In this document: positions 46,614 to 64,000 of the stretch, piece after piece
Position numbering within the stretch: the stretch's first letter is position 1
Layout of the letters: each line of letters begins with the position of its first letter
Assembly: GCF_009914755.1 (NCBI RefSeq)
Contig: NC_060941.1
Source of the DNA: the human T2T-CHM13v2.0 reference genome, Homo sapiens
DNA length: 64,000 nt
Strand: one strand, 5' to 3'
Notes under the pieces: generated by a model
Database searches by the model: none
Told to the model about the DNA's origin: nothing
The model's input: the letters and a program-made list of their open reading frames with translations, nothing else
Made by a program: the position numbers and the translations under genes

Positions 46614-47866
46614 ATTTATTTTGAAATAATTTCAGATTTACAGAAAAATAAGGAATAATACAAAGAACTGCCATATTTCTGTTTCCCAAGTTTCCCGACG
46701 GCTATATCTTTCCACATTCACTTCCATGTGAGTTCTCCCTCTCTAGACACAGAGTGGATAGAATCACTGGTCGTTTTCTGAGAGAGAGCTTCAGATACAA
46801 TGCCCGTTGTGCCTAAATACCCTGAGTGTATTTCCTATAAACAAGGACACATGACCGAAACTTCCAAATCAGGAAATTGACATTGACACAACCTCACCAT
46901 CCAATCCACCATCCCCAGGCAGATTTTCCCAGCAGGTCTTTTTTTTCATTTCTGATACACGATCTGATCATCTAGGAACACATTGCATTTAGTTGTCACA
47001 GCCCTCACACCTCCTTCAAACTGGAAGTTTCTCCTTCTCTTTCACAATTTTCCTTTATAGTTTTTAAGTTTACAGGTCTTTAATTTTATAGGATAACTCT
47101 CAACTGGGGACAACTGCTCAATTTCCCAATGGGAAGACCCAGGCCATGCATTCTTGGCAGGAATAGAACAAAACAAAACAAAACAAAACAAAAAAAAGCC
47201 CCGATGCTTCAGTCAGGAGGTACGTGATGTCAACTCACTGCACTGCCAGCGAGGTTAACTTTGATCACCTGCTCAAGCTGTTGTCTGCCAGGTTTTTCTA
47301 CCAAAAAGTTACCATATTTCTCTTTGTAACTAACATATTCTGGGGAAATATTCCAGTACTACATCAATATCTGCTTCTTCAAATCTTCACCTGCAAGTCT
47401 CAGCATCGGTTGACAACTCCAGCCTGAATCGACCACCACTATGATGGCTGCCTAATGTTGATTTTTCTTATTTCCACCATTCCTTCTGCATTTATTAGTT
47501 GGCAATCTGTTGCAAGAAAAAGCTTTCCCTTCTCTCTCCATTTACTTACTCGTTAATTTAATTATTTCAACATGGACTCATGGATTCCTATTTTATTCAA
47601 TGGGTTTTATTCATTACAATCATTATTTATATTGATTCTCAAATTGCCCAGGTTTGGCCAATGGAAGTCCTTTCCATTTGACCCCTATATCCTTTCCATA
47701 AGTCCTCATCCATCCAAGCACTCCCTCACTTTCTGGCACAAGAAGATGTTTCAGGTTCATCTCATCCTTTTCCTGCTGCATCTCTGGAAGCAGCTGCTTC
47801 TCCAAGAGGCCCTGGCTCATTTCAATGGAGGATGGTGTTTAGAAACCAAGATCTAGGAGCTTGGCA
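46614..47866 (-). mobile_element. Old L1MC-type 3' region
   Basis: TTTATTTTGAAATAATTTCAGATTTACAGAAAA, GTTAACTTTGATCAC, CATGGACTCATGGATT and TTAGAAACCAAGATCT motifs. Confidence 0.65.
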
Positions 47867-48706
47867 TGGCTGGGTGCAATGGCTCATGCCTGTAATCCCA
47901 GGTTAAGAGTGTGGGAGCAAGCATAAGAGACACACAAGCCTGCTTTGGCAGAAGGGATGACTTTGCTGGGAAGCTTGAATGTCAGTGTGTCACGTATGGA
48001 TGATCAGAAAAGCACAGTGGGATGGTAGCAGCAAGAGGCAAGATATGGCAGGCCCAGGGTCAGAACCTAAGGGCAGGGGATGGTTGGGCAGGGGTCAGCA
48101 AGTTGGGACACCCTACACAGAAACAGCCAGAGGAGTCCTGTGTACCCTAATCCTCCCCCAACTGACTGACCCTGGATAGCGGAGATGCCCCTCTAGACAA
48201 TGCCCAGGCAGGACTTGGCCTCCTTCCATCCTCTGATCACACTAGGTTCCAGTCCCTTGTTCCTGGGCAGCCTTTTGTGGGAGAGTTAGAACCCAGGAAC
48301 ACAGCACGACCCTCCTCTGGCCCAGGAGCTCTGAAGGGAGATTCAGCTGTGACTCCCAAGCTGTGTCCCCACAACACTCACCTGGGAAGGGAAGCCAGGA
48401 GCAAGTAGAGAATGTCACTTACCTCCCTGACTGGACAGCTTTGCCTGGGCCTCATTTCACTCCTGGAACCACCCAGAATAGGCCAAGCAGAGCACAGGGT
48501 GGCAAGGTGGTTAATGATGCCAGTGAGAACAGGTATGGCCAGCAAGAAACTCAAATGACTTACAGCTGTGAACAAATAACGGTGCCTGTTATTGTCCTGG
48601 GACTGCTGTGTGCCAGGCCAGGAAAAGCTCAGTGATTCCCATAAACTCCTCAGCCTGGACAGTCACCTGCCACTGGCTTACATTCCTCTACTTTTCACTA
48701 AGGGGC

Positions 48707-48840
48707 TGTGAGTCAAGTTTATGCATCAACTTTACTGGGCCACAAGGTGCCCAGATATTTGGTCAGACATTACTCCGGGTGTTTTGGGATGAGATTAACA
48801 TTTAAATGGGTAGAATGAATAAAGCAGATTGCTTCACTAG
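48707..48840 (+). mobile_element. MLT2-like LTR 5' fragment
   Basis: GTGCCCAGATATTTGGTCA..GGATGAGATTAACATTT..AAAGCAGATTGC. Confidence 0.6.
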
Positions 48841-49304
48841 GGAGCATTTTCCACCGGCCGTGCTCTCAGAAAATTAAGTTGGAAGGACACATAAGATGGC
48901 CTGGGACAGAGTACGTGCCTGGTCAAAGGCCAGCTCCCCGCATTGCCTTGCATTCTTTGGAAATGTACTAAATGCCACTGAATTATACACTTTAAAATGG
49001 TAAATTTTCTATTATGTATATTTTACTACAATAATTTTTTTAAGGAAGCAGTGGAAATCTTATCTACATGAGGCTTGGGTGGAGGGGATAATTTAGTGAA
49101 AGAAATAAATCAGAGCCAGAGATCCCTCAGAGAAACCTGAGCCCCGGGAACCCCGCCACAAGTGAACTAGACTTGGAGGACAATGCCACAGGGCTAGAAT
49201 CAAGTTATAGAAAGAGAAGCAAATAAGTGAATTATTGTCATCGTTATGATTTTTATTCCATGCTTTATTCCACTAGCATAGCACTGACTACAAACCTATC
49301 ATAA

Positions 49305-49636
<332 letters not shown>

Positions 49637-49671
49637 TCATACAATGGTATTATGAAATAAGAAAATAATAC

Positions 49672-50030
49672 TGCCAGGTGTGGTGGCTCATGCCTATAAT
49701 CCCGGCACTTTGGGAGGCCAAGGTAGGTGGAACACCTGTCAGGAGTTTGAGACCAGCCTGGCCAACATGGTGAAACCCCATCTCCACAAAAAATACAAAA
49801 ATTAGCTGGGCATGGTGGCATGCATCTGTAATCCCAGCTACTTGGGAGGCTGAGGCAGGAGAATCGCTTGAACGAGGAGGCAGAGGTTGCAGTGAGCCAA
49901 GATCGCACCACTGCCTTCCAGCCTGGGCAACAGAGAGAGACTCTGTCAAAAAAAAAAAAAAAAAAGAAGAAGAAGAAGAGAGAAAAAGAAAGACAGAGAG
50001 AGAGAGAGAAAGAGAGCGAGAAAGAAAGAA
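49672..50030 (+). mobile_element. AluS with A/(GAA)n/(GA)n tail
   Basis: Dimeric Alu followed by a polypurine tract. Confidence 0.9.
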
Positions 50031-50900
50031 ACCATATTTCATTGGTTGTGAGATGTCCATCCTTTCACAATTCAACAATTCTGAAATTGGGGTACATCTT
50101 ATAATTAATACTATATCATAGATGGCAGCATTTTTTTCTTTTTTTGTTGTTGGCACGTGAAAAACCAATGCTTCTTACAATTATTATGTGACATCTTGGA
50201 ATCTCTGAAATACTGTAAATAGAAGAACAAGGACCATTTAGTCTGTTTCTCTGTGGTCCATCTCAGGAAAGTAAACTTGGACATGCCCTCAGCTCTGCAT
50301 CCACACAGAACATAGGGATGTTCTGATGGTGGAGTGCAACACTGGGGGCCATGAACGGCCTGCTGCCCTGACTGCCTCTATTTTATTAAGTCCAACCTCA
50401 GCCCTCCAAGGGCCTGCACAGCTGGGCAAGATATATCTAGAAAAGGAAATTAGTTTCTCAGATGTGCGGTGTTTGCAGAGGAAGTAAAACATGGTGTTTA
50501 TTCCAGGAGCCCTGCATCCTGCACTTAGGAGCTGCCTTTCATGCTTGGAGGGCCACACAATGACTCAAGGCTCATGGCCCCCCAGAGCTGGAGGACAGCC
50601 CATCTTTGTAGGGGGTGGAGGACGGTTAGCAATTACCTAGGAAATGTTGTGCAGTACTTTTAAGGGAGTGTTGTTATCCTTGAGATCAGCAAACCCAGTC
50701 CTCTTCCCCAGTCACCTTGGAGGTCTCTCCCCGACTGCCTTTAAACTCAGGCCCAGCTTCTCTTACCCTGGCTGCCTACCTGAGGCCTGGCTGGGAGTGG
50801 AATGACTGTGGTGGGGCCGGGGGGTCCCATCTAGGCCCAGGAGGCTAAGTCTAAGCACTACCCCTTAAAGGCATATGGTATACCACAGGAATCAGGGACA

Positions 50901-50959
50901 TGGTGGCCAGATAAGACATCTCGGTGTCCTGTATTTTTATTTCCTAAATATGGCAACCT
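50901..50959. mobile_element. Internally deleted MER53-like mini-MITE
   Basis: GGTGGCCAGATAA...TCCTGTATTTTTATTTCCTAAATATGGCAACCT; both termini present. Confidence 0.5.
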
Positions 50960-51196
50960 TCATCAGGAGGCAGCCCAAAGACCTTGAATTTCTGGATCCC
51001 CATGGCCACTGAACACAGCTCTCCTCTCACTGGAGCCAGCATGGAGGCTCCAGGCTGGGTGTTGCCCTCACTCCCTCACATCACTGTGGCCCCAGGCACC
51101 TTGCAGGCCACTCACCCTTTCTGCCATGAGCCTCAAAAGCTGCCTCTTTCAAACCAGAGATTTCAGCTAAGGAGCCTGGCAGGGCTTCAGGGCATG

Positions 51197-51648
51197 TGTG
51201 GGAGGCAGAATAATGATCCCCAAAGATATCCAAGTCCTAATCACTGGAACCTGTGAACTTTGGTCTTATATGCAAAAGGAATTTTGCAGATGTGGTTAAA
51301 TTTAGAAGTTTGAGATTATCTTGGATTATCCAGGTGGGCCCTAAATGCAATCACAAGTGAATTTACAAGAGAAAGAAGGTTTAACTACAGAGGAAGCAGG
51401 AGATGCAGAAGCAAGAGGCTGAAGAGATGCAAGGAAGGGGCCCTGAACCAAGGCATGCCGGCAGCCTCCAGGAGTTGGGAGAAGCAAGGAAACAGATTCT
51501 CTCCCCGACAGCCACCAGAGGGTTGCAACCCTGCCAACACCTTAATTTCAGCGCAGTGAAACCCATTTCAGACTTCTGGCCTCCAGAACTATGAGAAAAT
51601 AAATCCATGTTGTTTGAAGAAGCCCAGTTTGTGATAGTTTGTTACCAG
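51197..51648 (+). mobile_element. MLT1C/D-like MaLR LTR within a MER91-like element
   Basis: GGCAGAATAATG, TTGCAGATGTG, GATTATCCAGGTGGGCCCTAAAT and GACTTCTGGCCTCCAGAACT motifs. Confidence 0.8.
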
Positions 51649-53249
51649 TTGCACAGGGCCCATGCTCTGAAGGGCCCCATGCTCTTTTTGATGCTCAGCT
51701 CATGCTTCTTTGAAATTCCAATTTTTGAAAAGGGAGCCCCACATTTTCATTGTGTGCTGGGCACTGCAGTAACTGGTCCAGGAGCCTCCCACCCACCCCC
51801 CACCCCCACTAAATCAAACACATCACCTGGAACATTAGCATTGCTGAAAAATAAATGAGTCAGAAAGGCCTTCTTTTCATAATAAAGCAATCATAGACAT
51901 TGTGGGAGAGAGTACAAAATTCACATAAATTTAAGAGGTAAAACAAGAGACTTCAATTGTTTTTTTAACCTCACAAATGTTACTTCTGGCCAAATACCCA
52001 GGCCCACAGGGAGAGGCACTAGCCCTCCTTTGCCATCAGGGTGGCCACCCTGGAGCAGCCACAGCATTTCTCACTCTCCACCCAGTCTTCTCGTGATGCC
52101 ACCTCCAGGAATCTTCTGAGAATTGGTCACAGAGTGTTGGTGCCTCCACTCCAGCCCACTCTTTCTACATCAAAACTCCTTGGATTCTCCTGCCTCTCTC
52201 ATGGCTTCTGTCCCCAAAAAGCGTAGCTCCACTGGCATATTTGTAGCACAGACCCTGTCGGGGACTCACTGGTCAGCTGTCCCAGCCTGGGCCCCTGGGT
52301 TAAGGTCATGGCTTGTTCAGCTGGTGTTGAAATGAGTCTGCCTGGGATTTGAAGTCAGACAGCTGAGGGTTCAAATCTTGGCCCCACCAAAGACCAGGGA
52401 CATATTCTTTCAATTATTCAACCACTACAGATTGCTACATGGGTGGTGCTGTCACAGACAAGGATGACACAGCAGCTTGTTGGATTATATCTTTCCAACT
52501 CAGTATGGTTGCCACCCCTTCTACTGCCTTCTTTGTAGAAGGAACACCAAGAAGCACATTACCCAGGACTTCCTCCTTTGTTTGTTTCTGGGTTAAAGGC
52601 TGTTAATGAGAAGTATTCAAACAAGTTTTGGAAGGCAAAAGAGAAGCCATTTTTCTCCAAAAGTTGTGGGCTGACTTATGGGCAGATGGCGGGCATGAAG
52701 TTTGCAGAAACTTAGCTTCTTGAAAGTTATTTAAGATTTGCACAGCTTTGGCAGTTCCAAGATGGATGAATAGGAACAGCTCCAGTCTACAGCACCCAGC
52801 ATGAGTGATGCAGAAGACAGGTGATTTCTGCATTTCCAACTGAGCTTTGAACAGAGTAGTTGTTCTCCCAGCATGGAGTTTGAGATCTGAGAACGGACAG
52901 ACTGCCTCCTCAAGTGGATCCGTGAACCCCAAGTAGCCTAACTGGGAGACACCTCCAACTAGGGGCAAACTGACACCTCATACAGCCAGGTGCCCCTCTG
53001 AGATGAAGCTTCCAGAGGAAGGATCAGGCAGCAACATTTGCCATTCTGCAATATTTGCTGTTCTGCAGTCTCCGCTGATGATACCCAGGCAAACAGGGTC
53101 TGGAGTGGACTTCCAGCAAACTCCAACACACCTGCAGCTGAGGGCCCTGACTGTTAGAAGGAAAACTAACAAACAGAAAGGACATCCACACCAAAACCCC
53201 ATCTGTATGTCACCATCATCAAAGACCAAAGGTAGATAAAACCACAAAG

Positions 53250-54271
53250 ATGGGGAGAAACCAGAGCAGAAAAGCTGAAACTTCTAAAATTCAGAGCACC
53301 TCTTCTCCTCCAAAGGAACGCAGCTCCTCACCAGCAACAGAACAAAGCTGGATGGAGAATGACTGACAAATTGAGAGAAGAAGTCTTCAGACAATCTGTA
53401 ATAACAAACTTCTCCGAGCTAAAGGAGGATGTTTGAACCCATCGCAAAGAAGCTAAAAACTTTGAAAAAAGATTAGACAAATGGCTAACTAGAATAAACA
53501 GCAGAGAGAAGACCTTAAATGACCTGATGGCGCTGAAAACCATGGCACGAGAACCACGTGACACATGCACAAGCTTCAGTAGCCAATTCGATCAAGTGGA
53601 AGAAAGGTATCAGTGATTGAAGATTAAATGAATGAAATGAAGCAAGAAGAGAAGTTTAGAGAAAAAAGAGTAGAAAGAAATGAACAAAGCCTCCAAGAAA
53701 TATGGGACTATGTGAAAAGACCAAATCTACTTCTGATTGTTGTACATGAAAGTGACGGGGAGAATGGAACCAAGTTGGAAAACACTCTGCAGGATATTAT
53801 CCAGGAGAACTTCCCCAACCTAGCAAGGTAGGCCAACATTCAAATTCAGGAAATACAGAGAACGCCACAAAGATATTCCTCGAGAAGAGCAACTCCAAGA
53901 TACATAATTGTCAGATTCGCCAAAGTTGAAATGAAGGAAAAAATGTTAACGGCTTCCAGAGAGAAAGGTCGGGTTACCCACAAAAGGAAGCCCATCAGAC
54001 TAACAGCTGATCTCTTGGCAGAAACTCTACAAGCCAGAAGAGAGTGGGGCCAATATTCAACATTCTTAAAGAAAAGTATTTTCAACCCAGAATTTCATAT
54101 CCAGCCAAACTAAGCTTCATAAGTGAAGGAGAAATAAAATCCTTTACAGACAAGCAAATGCTAAGAGATTTTGTCAACACCAGGCCTGCCTTGCAAGAGC
54201 TCCTGAAGGAAGCACTAAACATGGAAAGAAACAACCAGTACCAGCCACTGCAAAAACATGCCAAATTGTAA
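53250..54271 (+). pseudogene. L1 ORF1p, disrupted
   Basis: ATGGGGAGAAACCAG start; fragments EQSLQEIWDYVKRPN, REKGRVT, YPAKLS, QKHAKL*. Confidence 0.93.
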
Positions 54272-54334
54272 AGACCATCGATGCTTGGAAGAAACTGCAT
54301 CAACTAACGAGCAAAATAACCAGCTAACATCATA

Positions 54335-58153
<3,819 letters not shown>

Positions 58154-59073
58154 ACAATGAGAACACATGGACACAGGAAGGGGAACATCACACACTGGGG
58201 CCTGTTGTGGGGTGGGGGGAGGGAGGAGGGATATCATTAGGAGATATACCTAATGTAAATGACGAGTTAATGGGTGCAGCACACCAACATGGCACATGTA
58301 TACATATGTAACAAACCTGCACGTTGTGCACATGTACCCTGAAACTTAAAGTATAATTTAAAAAAAGGAAGTGAAGGACAATAAAAAAATAAAAAAATAA
58401 TAATAAAAAAAGAAGTTGGGAAGAGGCAGGGACCCCTGACTGGTTTGGGAGACTCCAGGGCTTTGCCATCAGGGTTACAGCCTTCCACCAGGGTCAAGCT
58501 GTGGACACAATGATTGGTCTGTCCACAATACCTGAGTCTATGATCTGCCATCTGAACCCACTATACTATGAAATGGATTATTATTTCAAAGCATGAAGAA
58601 AATACAGGAGAGAAGTCATAGGGACCGAACATCCAATCCATTCCCCTGCCTCTAAGGAGGACTTCATCCAACCAACTCCAAGAAGCGCAAATCAATGGAG
58701 CAATGAAAATTGGACACAATTTTTAAACCATAAGCAGAGATCTCTTAAGACCCACCATGTCCTTTCAAATCCAAGTTCCCTTTTATTTCTTTCAGAGATG
58801 ACTTGAGGCCTGTGTGACCCAATCACATCACTGGAAAACACCCTCATCTCCCCTGTGCTGCTCTGGAAGAGTCATCACCGGCCTGGACAGAGTCTCCACT
58901 GTGACATTTGGGAGTTTATTCTAGATATTTCTCATATTTGAAAATACAAAGCCCGTTGTTATCAAATTGGCCCAAGGCTTCCAAGACGAAGAAGCATTTA
59001 ATCCTGGGGCTGCTTCTATAAATGTAACAATTATCCCAAGTCATGTAAGTGTCTTGGAGAAGTAATAGTAATA

Positions 59074-59075
<2 letters not shown>

Positions 59076-59120
<45 letters not shown>
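59076..59120. repeat. (GAT)15 microsatellite
   Basis: Read directly; at a MIR end. Confidence 0.95.
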
Positions 59121-61098
59121 AAGAGCCAATATTCATTGAGTGTGCCGGTCTCACAGTGTTTTACTTGTTTCAACTCCTTTGATCCTCCTAACTGCCTGGA
59201 GAGGCAAGAATTATTATCGCCCTCATTTTACCAAGATTGAAAGAGAAGCATCAAGAGATTTAGTAATTTCCCAAGGTACACACAATAGTAGGCAGAAGAG
59301 CCAGGATATGAAGCTACACAGTTTCAGGGTTTGAAGTCTTACGGAATTCAAGTTCAAATCCGGGTCTGCCACTTCACATACGCATGATCTAAAGAAAATG
59401 ATTTCATGTCTTTGAGCTTCAGTTTCTCCCTAAAGAAAAAAAAAAGAAAAAAATCTCAGTTTATCCTAAAATGGGGGTGGCAATACCTACTTCTCTAGAA
59501 GTTGTTGAAAATTAAATAGAATACTCTGTAAATTTCTCAGCATGGGCCTGACACATAAAAGGGCATGGGTTCCCTTCCCTTCCCCTGTGTGGATGCAGGA
59601 AGTGAAGGCAGAGGCTGGGGAAGAGGGGGATTCTAAGGTCCTGGAACCCTAGAGAGGAAGCTTGCTGACTGCAGGAAATTTCAGACAAGGAGACAATTCT
59701 TGGGGTCTATTGAGATATGACAGGAACATTTCTAGAACAGGATCCCAGACGTCTCATACAATAGTAGTAAGAGGAATAGCCTAACCTTCATGCAGTTTAC
59801 AGAGTACTTATATGTGCAGTAAGACTGTGATTGACACCATGGGTGCCTGAGGCAGGGCTCCTGTGTACAGTTGTGTAGGTTGCACACTGAAGCCGCCCAG
59901 ATGGAGCCTACTTTTAGGGAGTGGTGGCATGGAGGGCTTGCCTGGTCACTTAAAGGAATCTTCGAGGGTCACAGGGGAATGAAACAGGGGGCTGAGCAAG
60001 TAGCAGTCAACATGCCCTTCCCAGTACAGGATAAGTGCTTGATAGATACTTGCTGAGTGATTAAATGATGGCTGGGGGAGTTGCCAGACTGGAGGCAGGG
60101 AATCGTGATTACAACAACTGAGGTGCAGGCTGGGCACTGGAATGCTTTCATCCTCTCCTTTTTGACTGCTGAGCACTTGCATCACTTCCAGTGTCTTGCT
60201 GTTGGAAACACTCAGCCTCACACGTTTTGCCCGGGCCTGTGCCTGGCTCCATCTGCCTCTGGCATTTCTCCCCACTTTCTGAGTCAGACTGGGGTGGGGA
60301 AAGGCTCCTTTAAAGGTGCCTAAGGAGAAGTGGCTGAGAAGCACTTCCTGGCACAGCCCTCGCCCTGGAATCAGAAAGGGCAGAGAAGACACAGCTCGTC
60401 TGCCCCAACTCCACCCCAGCTCAGGTCCAGGTTGCCTATGCATGTGAAACATCATCCTGCATGGAAAGCCACCTGATAAAAAGTGGTTCCAAGCAAAATT
60501 CATTTTTATTTGCCCACATCCACTTTAATACAAGTCATCACTCAGCATTCACACCCCACAGCCACCATCCATCTCGATGGATACCAGCTACCATCCTCCT
60601 AGAGCCACGGGCCAGAGCCAAAGCTCACTGCCCCAACATGCCCAAGTATCTCAATGTCACCTTTATGGCATTTAATCTATTTAACACTTATGAAGAACCA
60701 GAGGCTCCTAGGGCCTAATATTCAAACTAAATCTTGAACCCCAAATGAGAAAGAACCAGCCTCTCTGAACCCTGAAATGAAAATCTAAAGACAATTTTTT
60801 TCCTGAACCACGAACCAAAGCCAAATGTTCCCAAGAAATATCCAATGAACTATTTTGACCATGACTGTGAGCTTTGAAGTTAGTAAAACTGAGCCTCATT
60901 TCCCTATCTGTAGAATAAGGATAAAAGTGACCTCATAGAATGGTTTTGAAGGTTAAGATGAGCAACAGCTTATGGTCTCCAGATGGTCCCTGATACAGAC
61001 TCAGCCCATCAGCATTCTTCTCCTAAAGCATTCCCCTTCTGTGTGGCAACCATTATTAGAGTGAGAGAAGGATGGCTTTGAATTTAAACACATCTCAT

Positions 61099-61570
<472 letters not shown>

Positions 61571-62471
61571 ATGAAAAGACACCTTGCTTCCTGGTTGCGT
61601 GACTCTTCCCTCCATTTGAACTCAGTTCTCACACATGGAAGGTGGGGTAATAAGAACCTTCACAGAGTCGTGTTCAGTACTTCCCTACCTTCATCAAGTA
61701 GCTTGCATTCCCCAGGGGCCATCTCCAATGTGCTCACAAACAAGCGGGGTAGTGTCTGGGTGGTGTTTGAAGGGATTTCCCCTCCTCTGGCTCCAGGGAT
61801 TCCCCTGTGATGACACTGCACCTACAGAAATCCTGCCCCCTCCTCTGCCCACCTTACCAGTCTCTGACCAAGGGGGTCTGGTGGAGAGCACCACACCACT
61901 CCCCGCCTTTCTCTTATGGGGGTACCAACTCTACTCCGCTCATGCCCCCAACATCTTAAACAGTTTTAGAATTTGTCCTCACAGTTTTCACTCAAAATGA
62001 GACAAAGCCAAGGGACAAATCAGAGGGACAGTGGCCACACAGTACCCAGCATCACTCCTTGCTCCGCTTGCTAGGCCAAGCTGTCAAGGCTGGTTCCTGA
62101 CACTTCCTTTAACGGGTTCACTGTGCAGAGATGCCCCACTAGTTCACCAGATGTGCTTGAACCCAACTCAGTGCGAGATGGGACCAGTGCTGTAACTCGT
62201 TACTTCCACCATCGTCAGTGAAACTTCCAAAGTCAGTGAACCGCAACACAGTAGGAAGACCTAAATGTTCCCTGAGCCGAACTTGAGCTGGTCTCTAGAT
62301 GAGTGTGACATCTTCTTAGATGGAAGAAGGAAACTTAAAGTGTTTTAAAACAAATTTTATGTGTAAAAGTCATCAAAATTATAATACAATTAGAATATGA
62401 ACATCTTAATAGAGATTTCATGATATTAGAGAATATGTTCATTTTTTGTAGGTGTGAAAATGGTATTGTGG

Positions 62472-62778
62472 TTTTGTTTGGTTTTGTTTGTTTCTTTGAG
62501 ACAAGGTCTCACTCTGTTGTCCAGGCTGCACTCCAGCGCGATCATAGCTCACTGAAGCCTCAACCTCCCGAGCGCACGCAATCCTCCCTCCTCAGCCTCC
62601 TGAATAGTTAGGACTACAAGTGTGCGCCACCATGCCTGATTAGTTTTGTTCTTGTTTTTTGTAGAGACAGGGTCTTGCTATGTTGCCCATACTGGTCTCA
62701 AACTCCTGCCTCAGGTAGTCCTCCCACCTCTGCCTTCCCAAGTGTTGGAATTATAAGCATGAGCCACTGCACCTGGCC
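62472..62778 (-). mobile_element. AluJ
   Basis: Diverged antisense Alu. Confidence 0.88.
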
Positions 62779-63182
62779 TATAATAAAAAGTTTTTATACC
62801 AGTTCTTTTAAGGTATCCACTAGATCTCAACTTCTGAAACCAGCCCTAAAACTGGACCTTTGAACTATACTGAGGCTAGCTCTTCTGTCAAAACTACTTG
62901 CCTGGCAGGCAAAAAAAAAAACCATGCTATTCCCCCTCTCTACTCAAGAACCTTCCATGGCTCCCCATTGCCTTCACAATACAATATTTTTTGCCTCTCC
63001 TTTAAGACCTGCCACATTCCATCCCAGTGTAGCTTTCCACTGTTCTCTGCCTAGCCCCACTGAGAATGCCAAGCCAACGCAATATCAGACAGCATATGCC
63101 CCTCTGAAAAGGCCTGCATTTTCCCGTCTCTGATTCTGAGCCTTTGATCACCCTGTTCCTACCATCTAGAATTCTTTCCCTA

Positions 63183-63489
63183 TTTTTTTTTTATTTATTT
63201 TTATTTTTAGACAGAGTCTTGCTCTATTGCCCAAGCTGGAGTGCAGTGGGAGTGATCTCGGCTCACTGCAACGTCCGCTTCCTGGGTTCAAGTGATTCTC
63301 CTGCCCAGCCTCCCAAGTAGCTGGGACTACAAGTGTATGCCACCATGCTTGGCTAATTTTTGTATTTTTAGTAGAGACCAGGTTTCGTCATCTTGGCCAG
63401 GCTGATCTCAAACTCCTGGCCTCAAGTGATCCACCCACTTCAGCCTCTCAAAGTGTTGGGATTACAGGCGTGAGCCACTGTGCCCAGCC
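63183..63489 (-). mobile_element. AluS
   Basis: Antisense dimeric Alu. Confidence 0.92.
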
Positions 63490-64000
63490 AAACTTTCTTA
63501 AATAATTCTTATATAGAAAAATGAAATAGAAGGACTTTCACTTCCAATCAAGGTGAAATAATAGAGACCAGATTTATACTCCTGACTGAAGCAACCAAAA
63601 AACAGACAAAATATATGAAACAAGAGTTTTCAGGGCATTGGACATGGTTAACAAAGGACAGTGATTCCTGAGTAGGGGGAAACAGACCAGGCAAGCCCCC
63701 CAGTTGTCCAGTTACAGCTCGGGTTTTCAGGCCACAACGCAGCAAAGGAAAGGCAGCTGGATCTCACAGGACAGAGTACCAGAGAGGAGAGAACTGTGCA
63801 GAGAGAGCTCCAGAAATGCTCAGTCTCTTGACTCTGTCCACTTCTCTCCATCCCCACTGTCACTACCTGATCCCAGACCACCATCATCTCTCATGAGGAT
63901 GCCTGCAGCATCCCTTCCATCTAGTCACACTGCACAGATAAACTCATCCCTGAAGGCACTGCTCTACTTCCGGGAGCTCCCCATTGTCATCGGGATAAAG

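Noticed and set aside
49650-50168. 172-aa ORF and the many similar ORFs ([19 protein letters not shown])
   Set aside because: Translations of antisense Alu sequence, not genes.
58197-58230. G-quadruplex-like tract
   Set aside because: Standard L1PA 3'UTR feature.
59049-59240. Poly-Asp and poly-Ser ORFs
   Set aside because: Artefact of the (GAT)15 microsatellite.
59946-60503. 185-aa minus-strand ORF
   Set aside because: No recognisable domain, coding bias or splice context; likely chance.

Overview
Repeat-dense primate (probably human or other catarrhine) genomic DNA with no host protein-coding gene that I can recognise. The main elements are: (1) a complete but inactivated ~10.1-kb ERV9/HERV9 provirus (33865-43954, + strand; LTR12-type LTRs, tRNA-Arg-like PBS, gag-pro-pol-env, PPT), integrated with a 4-bp TSD (TCAG) into an antisense AluS; (2) an independent solo LTR12 (3418-4341, TSD CTGG); (3) a near full-length decayed L1PA5/6-like LINE-1 (52750-58411) whose 5'UTR lacks exactly the known ~524-nt intron, so it is a spliced integrated retrotransposed element (SpIRE97/622 type). 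About 40 Alus, MaLR LTRs, hAT MITEs (MER5A, MER53, MER58A, MER81), old L1/L2/MIR remnants and microsatellites make up much of the rest. Almost all ORF-track entries are Alu-derived or chance ORFs. The most interesting lead is a small hydrophobic ORF in a 237-nt gap between ERV9 pol and env, a candidate accessory membrane protein. Subfamily names come from recalled consensus motifs, not from a database search.
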